In this document: piece by piece, positions 1 through 11,832 of the stretch
How positions within the stretch are numbered: position 1 is the first letter of the stretch
Layout: every line of letters begins with the position of its first letter
Source: Octopus sinensis
Lineage: Eukaryota
DNA length: 42,209 nucleotides
Direction: 5' to 3'
Assembly (NCBI RefSeq): GCF_006345805.1
Contig: NW_021834890.1
Span: 1 to 42,209, forward strand
Position numbers and translations under genes: made by a program
The notes under the pieces: generated by a model
Told to the model about the DNA's origin: nothing
The model's database searches: none
Seen by the model: only the letters and a program-made list of their open reading frames with translations

Positions 1-195
1 TGTGTGGCACTTTGGGCAAAGTATCTTCCACTTTAGCCCCGAGCTTGCTATTTCCAGCAGGTTGACCAACTGTGTCTACACTTATCTGTATGTGTGTGTA
101 TGTGTGTGTGCATGTGTATGTGTGCACATCTGTATGTATATGTGTTTTGCATGCGTGTGTGTATGTATGTGTATGTGTATATATATATATATATA

Positions 196-396
196 TGGCA
201 CCTGTGCAGGTGGCACGTAAAAAGCACCTACTACACTCGCAGAGTGGTTGGCGTTAGGAAGGGCATCCAGCTGTAGAAACACTGCCAGATCAGACTGGAG
301 CCTGAGCAGCCTCCTGGCTTCCCAGACCCAGGTCGAACCGTTCAACCCGTGCTAGCGCGGAAAACGGATGTTAAACAACGATGATGATGATGATGA
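196..396 (+). mobile_element. RTE-clade LINE 3' end (5'-truncated) with (GAT)n tail
   Basis: Same sequence as the 3' UTR that follows the RTE ORF C-terminus at 24498-25153 (…GTTGGCGTTAGGAAGGGCATCCAGCTGTAGAAAC…GTTAAAC-(GAT)n). Confidence 0.8.
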
Positions 397-401
397 TATA
401 C

Positions 402-611
402 AGTTAATCTAAACAAGAAAGCACAAAAAAACAACGACGCGAAGACGTGGAACAAATATAGTATTGTTGGACGCTCAGGAAGGAAGGGAAGAAGGAGGGT
501 TTAACGTTTCGAGCGGAGCTCTTCGTCAGAAACATAGGAGAAGGAAAGATCCAGAAAAGGGAAGACAGAGAAAAAAATCGCCAACGGTACACACGCGGTC
601 ACATTTTGAAT
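402..611 (-). mobile_element. Penelope-like element (PLE) terminal-repeat relic
   Basis: Contains a minimal hammerhead (499-533) of the type known from PLE pseudo-LTRs and abuts TA-rich microsatellite. Boundaries approximate. Confidence 0.6.
499..533 (-). ncRNA. Minimal type I hammerhead ribozyme (C3-G8 core)
   Basis: Minus strand reads GUUU-CUGACGA-A-GAGC-UCC-GCUC-GAAA-C-GUU-AAAC: stem I GUUU/AAAC, stem II GAGC/GCUC, loopless palindromic stem III (ACGU), GUU cleavage triplet. Confidence 0.8.
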
Positions 612-1025
612 GGATATATATAAAATATATATATGAATATATATATATAAAATATTCTATAATTATATACATAATATAATTAGGGATCAGCTAAGTGCCT
701 TGCCACGTACTGAATTAGAAATGTCTTTTCAACTACCATAAAAATCTCAGAGACAATAACATACTTTTTTACCTACATAAAAAAAGTGTGTTATTGTCTC
801 AGAAATGTGTGTGTGTGTGTGTGTGTGTGTAAACAGCTCTGGTCATTTCTATGATCATGCGTCCTTACAATTCATTCACACGTACATACATCCATAGACA
901 CAAACACGCATACATACACACACACGCATACGGATGGGATGTTACACTAACTAAAACATATTGTTATAGAAATAAGCGAAACAAAATGTAAAAAAAAATT
1001 TTTAAACGAGGTACTTTTTGAAAAG

Positions 1026-1125
1026 TCACCTGAGGAGAAGCAAGTGCACCTAAAAGGCATGACAATCAATTGTACAGTATTTCACTTATCAGGTATGGGT
1101 GCAGGAGTCGAAACGATTGTAGTGG
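1026..1125 (+). ncRNA. Type I hammerhead-like motif with extended stem II (PLE-like relic)
   Basis: UCAC-CUGAGGA-GA…UGCACC…GGUGCA…UC-GAAA-C-GAUU-GUA-GUGG. Stem I CAC/GUG, GUA triplet; AATAAA follows at 1131-1136. Confidence 0.55.
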
Positions 1126-1227
1126 ATCTGAATAAAGAATTTCATCAATTCCAGTTTCTGTCTCTCATCCTTTTACTATACATTGTGTAAAATTAAGCAT
1201 AATATATATATATATATATATATATAT

Positions 1228-1563
1228 TTCGTTTTTGGTTTGCAGGATTCTTTATGTGAGTTCGTGTGTTGAAGCATATTCTGTTGTGTCTGGGGAGAGT
1301 CATTCTCTTTTTGTGCCTTATAATGTAATACACTCACTGGTAAAATTTCCACTTATTTCTTATTTTTATTTTCTAAAATTTTCGTTGCGTCTTGCAACCT
1401 TTTCAATAGTCTTGACTCTTGACTCTTTCAAGACTCTTGAAAAGGTTGCAAGATGCAACGAAAATTTTAGGAAAATAAAAATAAGAAATAAGTGGAAATT
1501 TTACCAGTGAGTGTATTACATTATAAGGCACAAAAAGAGAATGACTCTCCCCAGACACAACAG
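1228..1563. mobile_element. PLE-like inverted terminal-repeat insertion in a (TA)n tract (~135-bp arm foldback)
   Basis: Arms 1281-1415 and 1428-1563 are near-perfect reverse complements with a 12-nt spacer. One arm is extended to 1228. Both sides are flanked by (TA)n, and each arm carries a hammerhead variant. Confidence 0.75.
1373..1409 (-). ncRNA. Minimal hammerhead, U3-A8 core variant
   Basis: CUA-UUGAAAA-G-GUUGC-AAGAC-GCAAC-GAAA-A-UUU-UAG. The mirror copy on + at 1434-1470 has a stem I mismatch. Confidence 0.6.
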
Positions 1564-1656
1564 TATATATATATATGTATTACAACTATTAGCGGTTTGA
1601 GTTTGGCTGCTCTTTCTAGTGAGTCGAATGTCCTATTATGGCCATTCCTTATATTT

Positions 1657-1719
<63 letters not shown>

Positions 1720-1850
1720 CAACACATACACACGTGTACACATTCATACACAAACACAAATGCACAGTCACACAATACACACACAGAGACAGGAGTGTAA
1801 ACAGTGGTGTATATATTGCATAAGGAAGTAAATGAAAGTTGGGAGTGAAT

Positions 1851-2057
1851 GGGGGTGGGGAATCAAAAGCAATGTGTGGGCGGGTGGGTGGGTGGGTGGG
1901 TGGGTGGGGGGTGAAGAGTGGCTTAAACTGGAATAACGGTGAGAATGTGAATGAGCGAATGAATGAATAGCAGACAGGTAAATGAGTGAATGAGAGGGTA
2001 TGGGAATATTTGGATGAATGAGCGAGTGAACTGGGGTGGGGTGGGGGTGGGGGGTGG
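1851..2057 (+). repeat. G-rich tracts ((GGGT)n), G-quadruplex-compatible
   Basis: GGGCGGGTGGGTGGGTGGGTGGGTGGGTGGGGGG near 1878-1911 and GGGGTGGGGTGGGGGTGGGGGG near 2033-2054. Confidence 0.6.
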
Positions 2058-2094
2058 AAGAAATTAATGAATGAGAGAGAGAGAATGAGAGAGT

Positions 2095-5000
2095 TGGGAG
2101 AATTTATGGACGAATGAGAGAAAGGAAAGAATTTATAAATGAAAGAGAGAGGGGAAAGAATTTATGGACGAATGAGAGTGGAAAGAATTTATGGACGAAT
2201 GAGAGAGGAAAGAATTTATGGACGAATGAGAGTGGAAAGAATTTATGGACGAATGAGAGTGGAAAGAATTTATGGACGAATGAGAGTGGAAACAATTTAT
2301 GGACGAATGAGAGTGGAAAGAATTTATGGACGAATGAGAGAGGGGAAAGAATTTATGGACGAATGAGAGGGGAAAGAATTTATGGACGAATGAGAGTGGA
2401 AAGAATTTATGGACGAATGAGAGAGGGGAAAGAATTTATGGACGAATGAGAGTGGAAAGAATTTATGGACGAATGAGAGTGGAAAGAGTTTATGGACGAA
2501 TGAGAGTGGAAAGAATTTGTGGACGAATGAGAGAGGGGAAAGAATTTGTGGACGAATGAGAGAGGGGAAAGAATTTATGGACGAATGAGAGAGGAAAGAA
2601 TTTATGGACGAATGAGAGTGGAAAGAATTTATGGAAGAAAGAGTGGAAAGAATTTATGGACGAATGAGAGTGGAAAGAATTTATGGACGAATGAGAGAGG
2701 GGAAAGAATTTATGGACGAATGAGAGGGGAAAGAATTTATGGACGAATGAGAGTGGAAAGAATTTATGGACGAATGAGAGTGGAAAGAATTTATGGACGA
2801 ATGAGAGAGGGGAAAGAATTTATGGACGAATGAGAGGGGAAAGAATTATGGACGAATGAGGGGAAAGAATTTATGGACGAATGAGAGTGGAAAGAATTTT
2901 GGACGAATGAGAGTGGAAAGAATTTATGGACGAATGAGAGAGGAAAGAATTTTATGGATGGACGAATGAGAGTGGAAAGAATTTATGGAAGAAAGAGTGG
3001 AAAGAATTTATGGACGAATGAGAGTGGAAAGAATTTATGGACGAATGAAAGAGGGGAAAGAATTTATGGACGAATGAGAGGGGAAAGAATTTATGGACGA
3101 ATGAGAGGGGAAAGAATTTATGGACGAATGAGAGTGGAAAGAATTTATGGACGAATGAGAGAGGGGAAAGAATTTATGGACGAATGAGAGAGGAAAGAAT
3201 TTATGGACGAATGAGAGTGGAAAGAATTTATGGAAGAAAGAGTGGAAAGAATTTATGGACGAATGAGAGTGGAAACAATTTATGGACGAATGAGAGTGGA
3301 AAGAATTTATGGACGAATGAGAGAGGGGAAAGAATTTATGGACGAATGAGAGGGGAAAGAATTTATGGACGAATGAGAGTGGAAAGAATTTATGGACGAA
3401 TGAGAGTGGAAAGAATTTATGGAAGAAAGAGTGGAAAGAATTTATGGACGAATGAGAGTGGAAACAATTTATGGACGAATGAGAGTGGAAAGAATTATGG
3501 ACGAATGAGAGAGGGGAAAGAATTATGGACGAATGAGAGGGGAAGGAATTATGGACGAATGAGGGGAAAGAATTATGGACGAATGAGAGTGGAAAGAATT
3601 TATGGACGAATGAGAGAGGGAAAGAATTTATGGACGAATGAGAGAGGAAAGATTTATGGACGAATGAGAGTGAAAGAATTTATGGAAGAAAGAGTGGAAA
3701 GAATTATGGACGAATGAGAGTGGAAACAATTTATGGACGAATGAGAGTGGAAAGAATTTATGGACGAATGAGAGAGGGGAAAGAATTTATGGACGAATGA
3801 GAGGGGAAAGAATTTATGGACGAATGAGAGTGGAAAGAATTTATGGACGAATGAGAGAGGGGAAAGAATTTATGGACGAATGAGAGTGGAAAGAATTTAT
3901 GGACGAATGAGAGTGGAAAGAGTTTATGGACGAATGAGAGTGGAAAGAATTTGTGGACGAATGAGAGAGGGGGAAAGAATTTGGACGAATGAGAGAGGGG
4001 AAAGAATTTATGGACGAATGAGAGAGGAAAGATTTATGGACGAATGAGAGTGGAAAGAATTTATGGAAGAAAGAGTGGAAAGAATTTATGGACGACGATG
4101 AGAGTGGAAAGAATTATGGACGAATGAGAGAGGGGGAAAGAATTATGGACGAATGAGAGGGAAAGAATTTATGGACGAATGAGAGTGGAAAGAATTTATG
4201 GACGAATGAGAGTGGAAAGAATTTATGGACGAATGAGAGAGGGGAAAGAATTTATGGACGAATGAGAGGGGAAAGAATTTATGGACGAATGAGAGGGGAA
4301 AGAATTTATGGACGAATGAGAGTGGAAAGAATTTATGGACGAATGAGAGTGGAAAGAATTTATGGACGAATGAGAGAGGAAAGAATTTATGGACGAATGA
4401 GAGTGGAAAGAATTTATGGAAGAAAGAGTGGAAAGAATTTATGGACGAATGAGAGTGGAAAGAATTTATGGACGAATGAGAGAGGGGAAAGAATTTATGG
4501 ACGAATGAGAGGGGAAAGAATTTATGGACGAATGAGAGGGGAAAGAATTTATGGACGAATGAGAGTGGAAAGAATTTATGGACGAATGAGAGAGGGGAAA
4601 GAATTTATGGACGAATGAGAGGGGAAAGAATTTATGGACGAATGAGAGTGGAAAGAGTTTATGGACGAATGAGAGTGGAAAGAGTTTATGGACGAATGAA
4701 AGTGGAAAGAATTTGTGGACGAATGAGAGAGGGGAAAGAATTTGTGGACGAATGAGAGAGGGGAAAGAATTTATGGACGAATGAGAGAGGGGAAAGAATT
4801 TATGGACGAATGAGGGAGGGGAAAGAATTTATGGACGAATGAGAGAGGGGAAAGAGTTTATGGACGAATGAGAGAGGGGAAATAATTTATGGACGAATGA
4901 GAGAGGGGAAAGAATTTATGGACGAATGAGAGAGGGGAAAGAGTTTATGGACGAATGAGAGAGGGGAAAGAGTTTATAAATGAAAGAGAGGGGAAAGAAT

Positions 5001-6050
5001 TTATGGACGAATGAAAGTGGAAAGAATTTATGGACGAATGAGAGTGGAAAGAGTTTATGGACGAATGAGAGTGGAAAGAGTTTATGGACGAATGAGAGAG
5101 GGGAAAGAGTTTATGGATGAATGAGAGAGGGAAAGAGTTTATGGACGAATGAGAGAGGGGAAAGAATTTATGGACGAATGAGAGAGGGGAAAGAATTTAT
5201 GGACGAATGAGAGAGGGGAAAGAATTTATGGACGAATGAGAAGGGGAAAGAGTTTATGGACGAATGAGAGAGGGGAAAGAGTTTATAAATGAAAGAGAGA
5301 GGGGAAAGAATTTATGGACGAATGAGAGAGGGGAAAGAGTTTATGGACGAATGAGAGAGGGGAAAGAGTTTATGGACGAATGAGAGAGGGGAAAGAATTT
5401 ATGGACGAATGAGAGAGGGGAAAGAATTTATGGACGAATGAGAGAGGGGAAAGAATTTATGGACGAATGAGAGAGGGGAAAGAGTTTATGGACGAATGAG
5501 AGAGGGGAAAGAGTTTATGGACGAATGAGAGAGGGGAAAGAATTTATGGACGAATGAGAGAGGGGAAAGAATTTATGGACGAATGAGAGAGGGGAAAGAA
5601 TTTATGGACGAATGAGAGAGGGGAAAGAGTTTATGGACGAATGAGAGAGGGGAAAGAGTTTATAAATGAAAGAGAGAGGGGAAATAATTTATGGACAAAT
5701 GAGAGTGGAAAGAGTTTATGGACGAATGAGAGTGGAAAGAGTTTATGGACGAATGAGAGAGGGGAAAGAGTTTATGGACGAATGAGAGAGGGAAAAGAAT
5801 TTATGGACGAATGAGAGAGGGAAAAGAGTTTATGGACGAATGAGAGAAGGGAAAGAGTTTATGGACGAATGAGAGAGGGGAAAGAATTTATGGACGAATG
5901 AGAGAGGGGAAAGAATTTATGGACGAATGAGAGAGGGGAAAGAGTTTATGGACGAATGAGAGAGGGGAAAGAGTTTATGGACGAATGAGAGAGGGGAAAG
6001 AGTTTATAAATGAAAGAGAGAGGGGAAAGAATTTATGGACGAAAGAGGGA
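2095..6050 (+). repeat. Minisatellite/satellite, 21-23-bp unit GAAAGAATTTATGGACGAATGAGA(GTG/GAGGG), roughly 180 copies
   Basis: Directly visible tandem array, strongly purine-biased on +. Copy number estimated from length. Confidence 0.97.
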
Positions 6051-6270
6051 AGGAATGAGAGGGTAGTCGGGACGAATGGATGCAAGTTTTGGTAAAGGAA
6101 TGACAGGAAGTGGCTTCTGACTGTCCCTTTTAATCGGGATGCTTTAAGGATTAAGGAACAGAAAACACATCAATCCCATTATCAGAGAACTGATAGACTG
6201 TGTCCTGCCATCAAAATATAACAATTACAAACGGTAGAAACTATTATTATTATTATTATTATTGTTGTTA

Positions 6271-6301
<31 letters not shown>

Positions 6302-6614
6302 AGGAAGAAAAAGGATAGAAGGGAGCGGCAGACTTGGTAAACTGCCAAAATAAAATGCTTTGAGCTATGTCAAGCGATACCAAGTTCAATCCCTGGTGAA
6401 ATCAGTTTCACTTTCCTCTCTTTTTCATCCTTCTAGCTATTTTTGCCACCTATGATTCCTGGAAAGGTCATGGGAATAGAGCCCTGAAGCACCCCCTCCA
6501 TAGGGTCCTATCAGTGGCAACTGTCACTTCATTTTCTGGCTTGATTTTCAAGCATGACCAACTGTGGCTCTGGATGTTATCCAGATACTCCATTTTTGTT
6601 TCTTGTCTCATCCT

Positions 6615-6851
6615 ATCATCATCATCATTGTTCGACCGTGGTCAAGACAATGGGATTTACCATGCTATGCCAGACCTCACGGTCCATCATAGCATTACGC
6701 AGGTCCTGTTGCTGGATGCCTGTATCCCTGGAGATTACATCAGGGTAGGAGAGTGTGCGCCCTCTGTTATCGCGAGCAGATGGCTTCCAGAGGAGAAGAG
6801 TAGAAATTGCCTCGTTTTCAGCTCTACAACAATGTCCAGCAAACTGGACTC
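6615..6851 (-). mobile_element. RTE/RTE-X-like LINE 3' fragment, copy 1
   Basis: Minus strand encodes RVQFAGHCCRAENEAISTLLLWKPSARD.RGRTLSYPDVISRDTGIQQQDLRNAMMDREVW…*, followed directly by a (TGA)n tail. This is a typical RTE-group ORF2 C-terminus. Confidence 0.75.
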
Positions 6852-6915
6852 TTCTATGTGTCTGGACTTTTAACGTGTCTATGTGTGTATGTGTATATAT
6901 ATATGATGTTTATAT

Positions 6916-7157
6916 ATCATCATTCATTGTTCGACCGTGGTTGAGACAATGGAATTTACTATGCTACGCCAGACTTCACGGTCCATCATGGCATTACGGA
7001 GGTCCTGTTGCTGGATGCCTGTATCCCTGGAGATTACATCAGGGTAGGAGAGTGTGCGACCTCTGGTATCGCGAGCAGATGGCTTCCAGAGGAGAAGAGT
7101 AGAAATTGCCTCGTTTTCAGCTCTACAAAAATGTCCAGCAAACTGGACTCTCCTACC
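6916..7157 (-). mobile_element. RTE/RTE-X-like LINE 3' fragment, copy 2
   Basis: Near-identical to 6615-6851 and 38908-39147. Confidence 0.75.
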
Positions 7158-7255
7158 TCATCCTAAGTCTCTGGCCCGTTGGCTCAGTTTGAGGAATCTG
7201 TCTTTGGTGCTTTCCTACGACATTCTAATCTAATGTATGTGTGTGTATGTAAATA

Positions 7256-7612
7256 TCATCATCATCATCATTTAGCGTCCGCTTTCCATGCTAGCATGGG
7301 TGGGACGGTTCAACTGGGGTCTGGGAAGCCACAAGGCTGCACCAAGCTCCAGTCTGATCTGGCAGTGTTTCTACAGCTGGATGCCCTTCCTAACGCCAAC
7401 CATTCCATGAGTGTAATGGGTGCTTTTTACGTGCCACCGGCACGGAGGCCAGGCGAGGATGGCAAGGGCCACGATCGGATGGTGCTTTTTACGTGCCACC
7501 GGCACAGAGGCCAGGCGAGGCTGGCAACGGCCACGGTCGGATGGTGCTTTTTACGTGCCACCGGCACAGGCGCCAGACGAGGCTGGCGAACGGCCACGAT
7601 CGGATGGTGTTT
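7256..7612 (-). mobile_element. RTE LINE 3' UTR with about three internal ~60-bp repeats
   Basis: (CAT)n followed by the reverse complement of the RTE 3' UTR at 24760-25153. Confidence 0.8.
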
Positions 7613-7626
7613 GTTATACATGTATG

Positions 7627-7662
<36 letters not shown>

Positions 7663-7808
7663 GAATGTCACTAGTACTGGAGCAGTACTGTATCTACCCA
7701 TCCATTTTTTCTACCCCCTATTTCTTCGAGGGTTATAGGGATAGAGTCCTTAGGCTCTATGCCCATAAAATCCTATCCGAAGCAGCTGTGATTACACTTT
7801 CCAGTTAT

Positions 7809-7971
7809 CAGGGCCGGCCCTAGAATTGCTGGTGCCCCATGCAAGCTGAGCTTCGGCATGTACAAGCTGACGGTTGTGGAAATTTCCTCTTTGTCACGCC
7901 CTCCTTGGCGACCCCTGGCACATGGCACCCTAGAAGACTGCCAGAGTTGCCAGTACCTTGAGCTGGCCCTG
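7809..7971. mobile_element. hAT-type MITE
   Basis: TIRs CAGGGCCGGC / GCTGGCCCTG, and 8-bp TSD CCAGTTAT (7801-7808) / CCTGTTAT (7972-7979) with one mismatch. Confidence 0.7.
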
Positions 7972-8012
7972 CCTGTTATATTGCCAAGCATGACCAACGG
8001 AGACTTTTTACC

Positions 8013-8224
8013 CTTTTACTTGTTTCAGTCATTTGACTGCGACCATGCTGGAGCACCGCCTTTAATCGAGCAACTCGACCCTGGGACTTATTCTTTTGTA
8101 AGCCCAGTACTTATTCTATCGGTCTCTTTTGCTGAACTGCTAAGTAACGGGGACATAAACACACCAGCATCAGTTGTCAAGCAATGCTAGGGGGGACAAA
8201 CACAGACACACACACACACACACA

Positions 8225-8266
<42 letters not shown>

Positions 8267-8439
8267 CATATATACGATGGGCTTCTTTCAGTTTCCGTCT
8301 ACCAAATCCACTCACAAGGCTTTGGTAGGCCCGAGGCTATAGGAGAAGACACTGGCTGAAGGTGTCACGCAGTGGGACTGAACCCGGAACCATGTGGTTG
8401 GTAAACAATCTACTTACCACACAGCCACTCCTGCGCCTG
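8013..8439 (-). mobile_element. tRNA-derived SINE family A (full length, internal (TA)n(TG)n)
   Basis: Head AGGCGCAGGAGTGGCTGTGTGG (A box) … GGTTCAGTCCC (B box), tail …GACTGAAACAAGTAAAAG. More than 10 copies in the window. Confidence 0.85.
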
Positions 8440-8733
8440 GATATTGTTCAACCATTTCATTCTTGGTCTGTCGTCCACACTATGGTCTCCAGCCGGAAGG
8501 CTCAGCTTGAAGATTCCATCTTGTGATTCTTTCCGGCAATTTCCAAATTCCCATGTCTGCAGCATCAGGCCACTAACCTTTCGAGATGGGGAAACAGCTC
8601 CTAGACCTGGAGAGACTCCCTGATTTCCCACCAACACACCATGTCGGGTAATGCTACCAAAGCTGTCGCCTCTCAAAGCAGAGAAGTAACAGTTAGGCCT
8701 GGGGAGACTTGCCAATGTCCGAGCTATGCACCT

Positions 8734-8796
8734 GTTAAGTTAAATTAATTTTTTGGCTCAAAAAGCAAAAAGCAAGGCCATGTAGGGGGGACATGG
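8734..8796 (-). mobile_element. CR1 LINE extreme 3' end
   Basis: Reverse complement of the CR1 3' UTR and tail at 34180-34246. Confidence 0.7.
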
Positions 8797-8875
8797 TTGT
8801 CAAGTAATGGAGGAGGGGACAAACATATATATATATACATATATACCACACACACAACAGGCTTCTTTCAGCTTC

Positions 8876-9443
8876 TTATTTCTTTACTGCTCACAAGGGG
8901 CTAAAATTAGAGGGGACAAACAAGGACAGACAAACGGATTAATGTGGATTACATCGACCCCAGTGCATAACTGGTACTTATTTAATTGACCCCGAAAGGC
9001 AAAGTTGACCTCGGCGGAAATTGAACTCAGAACGAAACAGCAGACGAAATACCTATTTCTTTACTACCCACAAGGAGCTAAACACAGAGGGGACAAACAA
9101 GGACAGACAAAGGGATTAAGTCAATTACATCGACCCCAGTGCGTAACTGATACTTAATTTATTGACCCCGAAAGGATGAAAGGCAAAGTCGACCTCGGTG
9201 GAAATTGAAATCAGAACGTAGTGGCAGACGAAATACCTATTTCTTTACTACCCACAAGGGGCTAAACACAGAGGGGACAAACAAAGGGATTAAGTCAATT
9301 ACATTTTTTCCAGTGCGTAACTGGTACTTAATTTATCGACCCCAAAGTCGACCTCGGTGGAATTTGAACTCAGAACGTAACGGCAGACGAAATACCGCTA
9401 AGCATTTCGCCCAGCGTGCTAACGGTTCTGCCAGCTCGCCGCC
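8876..9443 (-). mobile_element. SINE family B with tandemly repeated body (about three units)
   Basis: Head GGCGGCGAGCTGGCAGAA at 9443; body repeats match the monomer at 34749-34978. Confidence 0.85.
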
Positions 9444-9689
9444 TTTTCTTCTTTCAGTTTCTGCCAAGCAAATCCACTCACAAGGCTTCAGTCAAAGTGA
9501 GGACGCAATAGAAGCCACTTGCCCAAGGTACCGTGCAGCAGGACAGAACCCAGAACCATGTGGTTGAGAAGCAAGCTTCTTACCACACAGCCACGCCTTG
9601 TAGGTGAGGATAGGCAAGAAAACCAAATTCAAGGGGGGTGGGCAAGTATGGCTCTTCTTCCAGCCTCCTCATCTTCTGATGATTGATTG

Positions 9690-9890
9690 ATGCAGCTGGC
9701 ACATTGCCGAGCCGTTAACACCTGCAGTTCCAGCATCCAATTCAGCCTCTTCCCATCACTCGTGAATATGGCCCAGAGGTACTAAAACTCCTCCGCTTCT
9801 CTCAGAGATGTCCCACCAACATGCTGAGCGGATTCCTTCTTAGGGGATTCGTGCGGGACAACGGAAGTGTACGCAGGGGTCATCATCCTC
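9690..9890 (-). mobile_element. Old RTE LINE RT fragment
   Basis: Minus strand HVGGTSLREAEEF*YLWAIFTSDGKR resembles the RT domain 7 motif VEEFKYLG..FTSDG of RTE elements. Confidence 0.55.
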
Positions 9891-9899
9891 ATCTTTTCT

Positions 9900-10270
9900 C
9901 TTTTTACTTGCTGCAGTCATTCAACTGTGGCCATGCTGGGGCACTGCCTTGAAGAAATTTTAATTGAATGATTGAACCCTAATACTCACTTTTTTTTTTT
10001 TTTCAAGCCTGGTACTTATTCTATCAGTCTCTTTTGCTGAACCACTAAGTCACAGGGGTGTAAACATGTCACTGGTTGCTAAGCAACACAAGGAGACAAA
10101 CAGACAGAAAGAGACAAACACACACACTTAATTGTCTTCCCCACAGTATCCACCAACCAAATTCCACTCACAAGATGTTAGTTTTACCCAAGGTTACCTT
10201 AGAAGCCACCTGTCCAGAGTACCACCCACAGGGACCGAACCCTAACACAAACCTGTTATGGTTACAGAAC
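9900..10270 (-). mobile_element. Diverged SINE family A copy
   Basis: Degenerate match to family A (CAGTCATTCAACTGTGGCCATGCTGG…CCACTCACAAG). Confidence 0.65.
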
Positions 10271-10502
10271 AAACTTCTTAAACCCGTAATTAATCCCGGT
10301 CACAACAATGAGGTTTAAGTGAACACCCTCATCTGATCCTTATCTTTTCTAAGCTACAGCAAGCTTGACCTAAAAGTCATCCGGTCAGGGGATTTATTGA
10401 CCTACTGGTTGAAGATTCTGGTCCACTGAAGAGTGACCAACCGAGGACAATGCAGAAGAGAGAATTCCGGAAACAAGTGGTCAAGCACACCGGGCGAAAG
10501 AA

Positions 10503-11290
10503 GGCAGCGAAGTGGCAGAAGCGTTAGCACACCGGGTGAAATGCTTAGCAGTATTTCGTCTGCCATTACGTTCTGAGTTCAAATTCTGCCGAGGTCGACT
10601 TTGCCTTTCATCCTTTCGGGGTCGATAAATCAAGTACCAGTTATGCACTGAGGTCGATGTAATCGACTTAATCTCTTTGTCTGTCCTTGTTTGTCCCCTC
10701 TATGTTTAGCCCCTTGTGGGTAATAAAGAAATAGGCATTTCATCTGTCTTTACGTTCTGAGTTCAAATTCCGCCGAGGTCGACTTTGCCTTTCATCCTTT
10801 CGGGGTCGATAAATTAAGTACCAGTTATGCATTGGGGTCGATGTAATCGACTTAATCTCTTTGTATGTCCTTGTTTGTCCCCTCTATGTTTAGCTTCTTG
10901 TGGGTAATAAAGAAATAGGCATTTCATCTGTCTTTACGTTCTGAGTTCAAATTCCGCCGAGGTCGACTTTGCCTTTCATCCTTTCGGGGTCGATAAATCA
11001 AGTACCAGTTATGCACTGGGGGGGTCGATGTAATCGACTTAATCTCTTTGTCTGTCCTTGTTTGTCCCCTCTATGTTTAGCCCCTTGTGGGTAATAAAGA
11101 AATAGGCATTTCATCTGTCTTTACGTTCTGAGTTCAAATTCCGCCGAGGTCGACTTTGCCTTCTATCCTTTCAGGGTCGATAAATCAAGTACCAGTTATG
11201 CACTGGGGGTCGATGTAATCGACTTAATCCCTTTGTCTGTCCTTGTTTGTCCCCTCTATGTTTAGCCCCTTGTGGGCAATAAAGAAATAA
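10503..11290 (+). mobile_element. SINE family B, one head plus four tandem ~180-bp body units
   Basis: Head GGCAGCGAAGTGGCAGAAGCGTTAGC, then 4x TTACGTTCTGAGTTCAAATT…GTCGACTTTGCCTT…AAAGAAATA. AAGTGGTCAA occurs on both sides. Confidence 0.88.
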
Positions 11291-11443
11291 GTGGTCAACA
11301 GCGTTTGTCTGTGGTGCACAATGAGAAGTGTAAATATGGCCTCAGTTTTTTCAAACATGGTCTTTACTGACAAGTTTTGTGGCCTAAATTCTTCCTATTA
11401 CACACACACACACACACTTGCCTCCGACACTGAATGATTACAC

Positions 11444-11832
11444 TTGTGGGTAGTAAAGAAATAGGTATTTCGTCTGCCGTTTTGTTCTGAGTTCAGTTTC
11501 CGCCGAGGTCGACTTTGCCTTTCATCCTTTCGGGGTCGATAAATTAAGTACCAGTTACGCACTGGGGTCGATGTAATCAACTTAATCCCTTTTATCTGTC
11601 CTTGTTTATCCTCTCTGTGTTTAGCCCCTTGTGGGCAATAAAGAAATAGGTATTTCGTCTACCGCTACGTTCTGAGTTCAAATTCTGCCGAGGTCGACTT
11701 TGCCTTTCATCCTTTCGGGGTCGATAAATTAAGTACCAGTTATGCACTGGGGTCGATGTAATCAACTTAATCCCTTTGTCTGTCCTTGTTTGTCCCCTCT
11801 ATGTTTAGCCCCATGTGGGCAATAAAGAAATA
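11444..11832 (+). mobile_element. Headless SINE family B body dimer
   Basis: Two more ~180-bp units, followed by a second copy of the unique flank seen at 11290-11445. Confidence 0.85.

Noticed and set aside
2104-4618. Repetitive ORFs (ERIYGRMR / GKNLWTNE)
   Set aside because: Translations of the 21-23-bp satellite; frames shift with unit length.
2095-6050. CRISPR-like array
   Set aside because: No unique spacers, no cas genes, and the context is eukaryotic.
10420-10495. Possible sixth hammerhead (GGTCCA-CTGAAGA-GTGACCA…TGGTCA) interrupted by SINE B
   Set aside because: After removing the SINE there is stem-like complementarity (GTGGACC in the duplicated flank) but no GAAA at the required position; at best a dead relic.
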